Under the pieces are notes generated by a model that saw only the letters and a list, made by a program, of their open reading frames with translations, was not told the DNA's origin and did not search any database. From contig CAYUAC010000002.1 in NCBI GenBank assembly GCA_964442515.1, positions 1 through 41,486 on the forward strand: 41,486 bases of DNA, read 5' to 3'. This stretch comes from an uncultured Campylobacterales bacterium. Its GTDB lineage: Bacteria > Campylobacterota > Campylobacteria > Campylobacterales > Sulfurovaceae. Below, in pieces: positions 36,650-41,486 of the stretch; the stretch's first letter is position 1, and each line of letters opens with the position of its first letter. A program made the translations under genes and the position numbers.

Positions 36650-37780
36650 TTGAATTTTATTTCTAAACTCAAAAACCTTCTGCACTGGGAAGCCCAGCCA
36701 AAACCCCATATCAACTTAAATGCGCAGATATACAGTCTGCTGCAACCGTTTCGACTGCCTTTTATCCTCATTGTCCTGGTGATGATGCTTGGTACGGTAG
36801 GCTACATGGTTATTGACGATTTTCCTTTAATGGACGCCATCTATCAAACCGGTATCACCTTTACCACCGTGGGCTTTGGCGAGATCGCGCCTATCAGTGA
36901 TCAGGGGCGTGTCTTTACGGTCACGCTTATTATCATCGGTTTTTTGATCTTTACGATCTCCATCGGTATCGTCGCCGAAGCACTCAAAAGCGGCGAACTG
37001 CAAAAACTTATAAAGGAGCGCAAAATGCTCTATAAAATCGCCCGGCTCAAAAGACATTTTGTTATCTGCTACCAAAACGAATTCACCATCCAGGTAGCCG
37101 ACCAGCTCAAACAGGCCCACGTCCCCTTTGTTATCATCGATCCAGGCGACGATATAGAACATGTCGCCAAGAAACAGGGCTATACCTACTACCTGCAAGC
37201 CCATCCCCACACCAACGAAGCGATGCTCAAATCCTTTCTTTCCAGTGCCAAGGGGTTGATTACGCTGGCTGACAATATCGCCGACAATATCGCCACGATC
37301 ACTTCGGCCAGGCTGTATGAACAGGAAATCGTCAAAAAAACGCCGTTTCAGATTATTTCAAAAGCCAACAATTCCGGCGACCATGAAAAGCTTAAGAAAC
37401 TGGGAGCGGACAATACCGTCATCCCCACAAAACTGATGGCCCAGAGAGTGGGTTCTATGGCCCTGCGTCCGGATATGGTCAATATTATGGAGCGCTTCAT
37501 GTATTCCGGCGACAGCGCGCTGGATATGGAAGAGGTGGAAGTACCAAAACGAAGCTGGCTGGTCCTTAAAAAGATAAAAGATACGCACTTTCGTGATTTT
37601 ACCAACGTCTCCATCGTCGGTATCCGCAGAAAAGACGGCGTGTTCAAATCGATGCCAAGTTCCAAAGAACTCATTACCGGCCAGTGCAAACTCTTACTGA
37701 TCGGCAAAGCCGAGGGCATCAGCCTGACAAAACAGTTGATCAATAAAAACAAAAAACCAAAGGAACTCAGCTATGTTTAA
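36650..37780 (+). CDS. Potassium channel protein with RCK/TrkA domains
   Basis: TTG start. Two TMs flanking the selectivity filter TTVGFGE, then TrkA-N-like (HFVICYQNEFT) and TrkA-C-like regions. Confidence 0.85.
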   Translation: MNFISKLKNLLHWEAQPKPHINLNAQIYSLLQPFRLPFILIVLVMMLGTVGYMVIDDFPLMDAIYQTGITFTTVGFGEIAPISDQGRVFTVTLIIIGFLIFTISIGIVAEALKSGELQKLIKERKMLYKIARLKRHFVICYQNEFTIQVADQLKQAHVPFVIIDPGDDIEHVAKKQGYTYYLQAHPHTNEAMLKSFLSSAKGLITLADNIADNIATITSARLYEQEIVKKTPFQIISKANNSGDHEKLKKLGADNTVIPTKLMAQRVGSMALRPDMVNIMERFMYSGDSALDMEEVEVPKRSWLVLKKIKDTHFRDFTNVSIVGIRRKDGVFKSMPSSKELITGQCKLLLIGKAEGISLTKQLINKNKKPKELSYV

Positions 37781-38954
37781 CGCAATCCCCGTCAAAGGCG
37801 GTTTTAACTGTCTGGATGATTTTTACAGCGGCGGAATCCACGCCGGGTTCAAACCCAACGAAGAACTTGACCTTGGCTTTATCAGAAGCGACAAACCCTG
37901 TTCGCTGTCGTATCTTTTTACCAAAAACCGTTTTAAAGCCGCGCCTTTGAAACATGTTTTGCAAAACGGTTTCAAACAGTGCGATTTTATCCTGCTGAAT
38001 TCAAAAAATGCCAATGCCCTTACCGGGGAGCAGGGCTTAAAAGATGTCGATACGCTGCTTGAACATGTCCGACAAACCCACAAAGCCACAAGCCCGATCA
38101 TGAGTTCAACCGGTGTCATCGGGGTATGCTTAGATACCGACAAACTCAAAAACGGCATCAATAATCTCGATATCAATGAAAAAAACAGCCACGCCGCGGC
38201 AAAAGCGATCATGACCACCGACAGCGGACCCAAAGAGTGCGCCTATGAAGTCGAACTTGATGACGGCAGCAGCTTCAAGGTTGCGGGAATCGCCAAGGGA
38301 GCTGGGATGATCGATCCGAGTATGGCGACGATGCTCTGTTTTATCGCCACAGACGCCGATATTCCCGATGAGCATATGCACACGGCGTTAAAAGAAGCCA
38401 ACGAAATCTCGTTTAACGCAATCAGCGTGGACGGAGACCGCTCGACCAATGATTCGGTGTTTTTGATGAGTTCAAAAAGCGGAGCGTATGAACAAAAAGC
38501 GTTTCAATTTGCCCTGGACCGGGTCATGCAGGAACTGGCGCTAAAGATCGTCGGGGACGGAGAAGGGGCCACAAAACTGGCGGCATTTCACGTCAAAGGC
38601 GCAAAAGACGACTACGAGGCAAAACTGGCGGCAAAGAAACTGAGCAATTCGCTGCTGGTAAAAACCGCGCTTTTTGGCCAAGACCCAAACTGGGGCCGGA
38701 TCGCTTCTACCATCGGGGCAAGCGAAGTTACGTGCAGCGAAGAAAGTTTACGGATTTTCTTTGATGACCTGCTCATTTACGACAAGGGCAGCGTATATTT
38801 TGATCAGGAAAATGAAAACAAAGCCGCCGAAATCATGGGCCAAAGCAGCTTTAAAATCACCTGCGATCTGGGCGCCGGCGAGGGAGAGTATACCGCATAC
38901 GGATGCGACCTTGGCTATGAATACGTAAAAATCAACGCCGATTACAGAACGTAA
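37773..38954 (+). CDS. argJ: Bifunctional glutamate N-acetyltransferase / amino-acid acetyltransferase
   Basis: KGAGMIDPSMATMLCFIATDA (autoprocessing site), SVDGDRSTNDS, GQDPNWGRI, C-terminal INADYRT. Confidence 0.95.
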   Translation: MFNAIPVKGGFNCLDDFYSGGIHAGFKPNEELDLGFIRSDKPCSLSYLFTKNRFKAAPLKHVLQNGFKQCDFILLNSKNANALTGEQGLKDVDTLLEHVRQTHKATSPIMSSTGVIGVCLDTDKLKNGINNLDINEKNSHAAAKAIMTTDSGPKECAYEVELDDGSSFKVAGIAKGAGMIDPSMATMLCFIATDADIPDEHMHTALKEANEISFNAISVDGDRSTNDSVFLMSSKSGAYEQKAFQFALDRVMQELALKIVGDGEGATKLAAFHVKGAKDDYEAKLAAKKLSNSLLVKTALFGQDPNWGRIASTIGASEVTCSEESLRIFFDDLLIYDKGSVYFDQENENKAAEIMGQSSFKITCDLGAGEGEYTAYGCDLGYEYVKINADYRT

Positions 38955-38961
38955 GCTGTCA

Positions 38962-38989
38962 TTTACAATAACAAATGTTATTCTATAAA
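38962..38989 (+). promoter_or_regulatory. Sigma70-like promoter for the TnsE-like gene
   Basis: TTTACA (38962-38967), 16-nt spacer, TATAAA (38984-38989). AAAGGAG RBS 7 nt before the TTG at 39017. Confidence 0.3.
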
Positions 38990-39016
38990 GAAAAATGTTA
39001 CTAAAGGAGTGAAGAT

Positions 39017-40696
39017 TTGGCTAAAAATGACAATCAAATTCTCAACTTCTTTAATCAGCACAAAAATGAACCTTTTGAGTTTATAATTGTTACTGATATA
39101 AATCTCAAACTCCACCCAAACTACTACAAAGCAATTTTTAAAAACATTAAAACAGGTGCTTTTCACGCAACAGAAATAACTCCTGAAATGATGCGGTATA
39201 AATATAAAGTCGGTCATATATACACTAACGGTAAACATGTCGGACAAAACCCCTCTTTGCTAAAAGCTGAATTTAGAGTTAATAAAAACACTGATATTGA
39301 AGTAGACCGCCTATCTCATCATATCAACCAAGATGAAGTAAAGAATATCATTGATTACGAAGATGTATATAAATACTTATTGCGGCAATATGTACATGTA
39401 GAAAAACAAGATGAATTTACTTTGATAATCCCTTGCTATACAATTGCAAACAGGTTTTATTTTTTGTCTTCATCAATGAAACATGCAATTATGAGCACAA
39501 CACTTGAAGAACTATACTACAAAGGGAGTTTTCATCATGATATTAATAAAAAAGGTGAAACTATTGTAAAGCTTCACATTAAAAAGAAAGCAGGGAAAAA
39601 AGACCTGCCGTTTATATGCCGTTTTGCAGGCAGTACTTTTGCACAAAATAGGCTCAAATACCTCAATGAACAAAAATCATTGAGTGAGAATAGAGAATAC
39701 CAACCGATAAAAGCACAGTTTCCAGTTAGAAACTCTTTTGATATATATGCCTCATATATTTATGTAGGTGATGATGAAAGAGGCGAGCCAAAGTATTTGG
39801 TACTCAATATTCACTCAGACAACTCGCCGCTTGGTTTTAGTAAAATTTATTATAAGCAATATAGTGCAAAACAAGATCCAAAAGAGATAGAACCAGGTCA
39901 TTATGACATCCCTCCCAGACCAAAAAATAAATTTAAGAAAAAAAAGCCTAAACGAACAAATACGATTTATACAGGAATACCTTCTAGTGAATACCTAAGA
40001 TATACGCTTCATACTCGTGAAGAGGAATATTACAAAAATCATGTATCTATATATGGATCAACTATTCACGGGGAAGGCGAAAGTAACTCAGAATTAAAAG
40101 TCGAAAGTTCTGAAAACAAAGTTGGAGGTAGCTTTGAACCTCCTTCAAGCAATGGAGATGAAAACTTAGGCGAAGTTATAACTTCAAATGATGTAGACGG
40201 AAAAGACAAAGAAAAGAAGATTTTTAACCTAAACAACTTTAACCAGTTCTATGAAGCACTGTTAAGCTATGCCTATGTAGATGGCTCTGAGCTTTTTGGA
40301 CCCTTTGAACTGAATAAAATAAGAAATGACAAACGAAAGTCTGTCAAATCAAAATCTATCTTGTTTGGAAATGAAAATGATCCAAGGCGATTTCTTTTTG
40401 GAATACTGTCTTATAACAAAAAAATGATCTATATAGTTGAAATAGAACAGGATTTAACCTGGGGACCATCTACATGGATATTTTTTACAGATGAGAATAC
40501 TCAACAATATTCTGAAGATGATATGAAAAAAATCATAGAACATTACATTCAAAAAAATTTGAAGTATACAAAGCTTACTGATTACGTAAAAAATAACTAT
40601 TCACTTTCTTTTGCTCAAAAAGAACATAGAAATGGTGATATTGATGATGATAGTGTTGAAAGATGGTGTGAGAGTGTTTTGAGGAAAGTTACATAA
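39017..40696 (+). CDS. TnsE-like protein (Tn7 transposition target-selector family), orphan arrangement
   Basis: 559 aa. Compared with Tn7 TnsE recalled from memory, it matches in three regions. First, LIIPCYTIANRFYFLSSSMKHAIMSTTLEELY versus YHIPQLELARSLFLINSYFCRSCLSSTALQQEF. Second, a charged low-complexity linker, then NFNQFYEALLS versus FANRFAAFDELLS and PRRFLFGILSYNKKMIYIVEIEQD versus PRVIKAVGVQRNGSEFVLLEVDASD. Third, the C-terminal SVERWCESVLRKV versus MEGWAERVVREQF. The size is similar (559 versus ~538 aa). Not verified by search. Confidence 0.45.
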   Translation: MAKNDNQILNFFNQHKNEPFEFIIVTDINLKLHPNYYKAIFKNIKTGAFHATEITPEMMRYKYKVGHIYTNGKHVGQNPSLLKAEFRVNKNTDIEVDRLSHHINQDEVKNIIDYEDVYKYLLRQYVHVEKQDEFTLIIPCYTIANRFYFLSSSMKHAIMSTTLEELYYKGSFHHDINKKGETIVKLHIKKKAGKKDLPFICRFAGSTFAQNRLKYLNEQKSLSENREYQPIKAQFPVRNSFDIYASYIYVGDDERGEPKYLVLNIHSDNSPLGFSKIYYKQYSAKQDPKEIEPGHYDIPPRPKNKFKKKKPKRTNTIYTGIPSSEYLRYTLHTREEEYYKNHVSIYGSTIHGEGESNSELKVESSENKVGGSFEPPSSNGDENLGEVITSNDVDGKDKEKKIFNLNNFNQFYEALLSYAYVDGSELFGPFELNKIRNDKRKSVKSKSILFGNENDPRRFLFGILSYNKKMIYIVEIEQDLTWGPSTWIFFTDENTQQYSEDDMKKIIEHYIQKNLKYTKLTDYVKNNYSLSFAQKEHRNGDIDDDSVERWCESVLRKVT

Positions 40697-40737
40697 TATT
40701 CTAAAGAATTTTAATATTATCTACTTTAATGATATAT

Positions 40738-41486
40738 TTATTCAGCGAACCATTCACGCATCTTATCATACTCTAATGAATATTTATTAATTCTGAAAAT
40801 TCCAATACTTGACTGGCTAGAATAATGAGATGTAAAAGGATAGCGGAAATGAATTGATATTCCTGCGTTTGTAAAAAACGTATTTTCACACATATAAAAG
40901 ATTAAGCTACCAAGAGCTTGAGCTTTAGTGGCCAGAGATGCAATATATATATTTCTTATATTAGAATGTATTTTTAAATATGCATGTATATAGTTTGAAA
41001 TGACTTTTGCAGTTTCAAAAGGATTATTAGCTGGAGCAGTTAAAGGTTCAAGAGTATGATCAATTTTTAGTGATGTTTGAGCTTTTTCAATATTGATTAA
41101 ATTTTCTTGATACATAATTGGCTGTAGGGCAGGATAGCCAATCAAAACAGTTGTTTCATTTACTTGAATATCTTGAAGCACACTTTTTACTAATCGTGAA
41201 TCATATCCAGCATTGACTATGAATAAATCATCTGAAGAAGGTTCAAAGTACTCTTGATCAATCATCATAATGTTTCTATTAATTAAAATATCCTTCTGAG
41301 CAAATTCTGTATTAGATGATTCTTTATATGCTTTCGGTTCAGAATAAATGATATCAATATTGGTAAATTTTAAATGTTTTAGATAAGGCAATAAAAATAT
41401 CATATATGGTTTTATGAAGCCAGAAATATCAATACATATAGACATTTCTGGAGTTAATTTTGCATACTTTAAGAATTCAAGTATAT
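40738..41486 (-). CDS. Hypothetical alpha/beta (Rossmann/CARF-like) protein, possibly 5'-truncated by the window edge
   Basis: The tracked ATG is at 41445, but the same frame stays open to 41486 (ILEFLKYAKLTPE before the Met). Alternating strand/helix pattern: ICIDISGF..., IDIIYSEP, LFIVNAGYD, TVLIGYPA, NIYIASLATKAQALG. This is reminiscent of Csa3/CARF-type ligand-binding folds. AT-rich. Confidence 0.55.
   Translation of the reverse strand, partial: ILEFLKYAKLTPEMSICIDISGFIKPYMIFLLPYLKHLKFTNIDIIYSEPKAYKESSNTEFAQKDILINRNIMMIDQEYFEPSSDDLFIVNAGYDSRLVKSVLQDIQVNETTVLIGYPALQPIMYQENLINIEKAQTSLKIDHTLEPLTAPANNPFETAKVISNYIHAYLKIHSNIRNIYIASLATKAQALGSLIFYMCENTFFTNAGISIHFRYPFTSHYSSQSSIGIFRINKYSLEYDKMREWFAE

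Larger units (their letters stand above)
38955..41486. mobile_element. AT-rich horizontally acquired island inserted at the 3' end of argJ (Tn7-like remnant or novel element; runs off the window)
   Basis: Composition shifts abruptly at the argJ stop: by hand count, the 60-nt line at 38581 has 31 G+C and the line at 39061 has 17 G+C. A TGT(N5)ACAATAA end-like sequence starts at 38957. The island contains a TnsE-like ORF and an unrelated convergent ORF. Confidence 0.5.

Noticed and set aside
39017-39070. Further AAAATGA-type repeats inside the start of the TnsE-like gene, as additional transposase-binding sites
   Set aside because: Their spacing is irregular (20, 32 and 39 nt), and the motif is trivially frequent in AT-rich coding DNA.
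1-41486. Search by eye for CRISPR arrays, tRNA/rRNA genes, retron or group II intron features, and long direct repeats
   Set aside because: Intergenic space is very limited, and no periodic repeats, cloverleaf-like segments or reverse-transcriptase ORFs were seen. A computational scan (tRNAscan, Infernal, repeat finder) would be needed to exclude small ncRNAs.

Overview
This window looks like a chromosomal segment from a Campylobacterota (epsilonproteobacterium-like) genome. The evidence is an L28 very close to Helicobacter/Campylobacter L28, AAGGAG ribosome-binding sites, and the gene content; the taxon call is inference only. About 47 tightly packed genes are present, and most are core functions.

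Left part: an iron-responsive block on the minus strand. It holds a partial Fe3+ ABC permease, a Fe3+ binding protein with a good Fur box, and a five-gene translationally coupled operon (imelysin, DUF1111 di-haem protein, imelysin, fatty-acid hydroxylase, di-haem cytochrome c peroxidase).

Middle part: signalling genes (two GGDEF proteins, a CYTH-like protein, an HDOD protein) and a co-directional DNA-repair run (family-4 UDG, unknown, HDOD, polA, unknown, nth). These are followed by coaBC, uppS, prepilin peptidase, lptF/G, truA, a DEAD-box helicase, an aspartate aminotransferase, waaF, an msbA-like gene, rpmB, a K+ channel and argJ.

I found no rRNA, tRNA or CRISPR array by eye. Four visibly AT-rich patches interrupt the core:
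- a RelE/ParE-type toxin-antitoxin insert (about 7540-8130);
- a spacer next to a truncated YeiH-family remnant (about 12195-12387);
- an orphan RHH-like gene with a palindromic operator (22214-22712);
- an island that starts 1-3 nt after the argJ stop (38955) and runs off the right edge.

The last island is the best candidate for something new. It opens with a Tn7-end-like TGT(N5)ACAATAA sequence and encodes a 559-aa protein. That protein resembles Tn7 TnsE along its whole length as I recall the TnsE sequence, but its position is non-canonical: it reads inward from the boundary with no tnsABC(D) upstream. Converging on it is a Rossmann/CARF-like ORF whose reading frame is still open at the window edge. 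The system is truncated by the window, so its nature cannot be settled here. The rest of the window is ordinary core genome with a few small regulatory curiosities.
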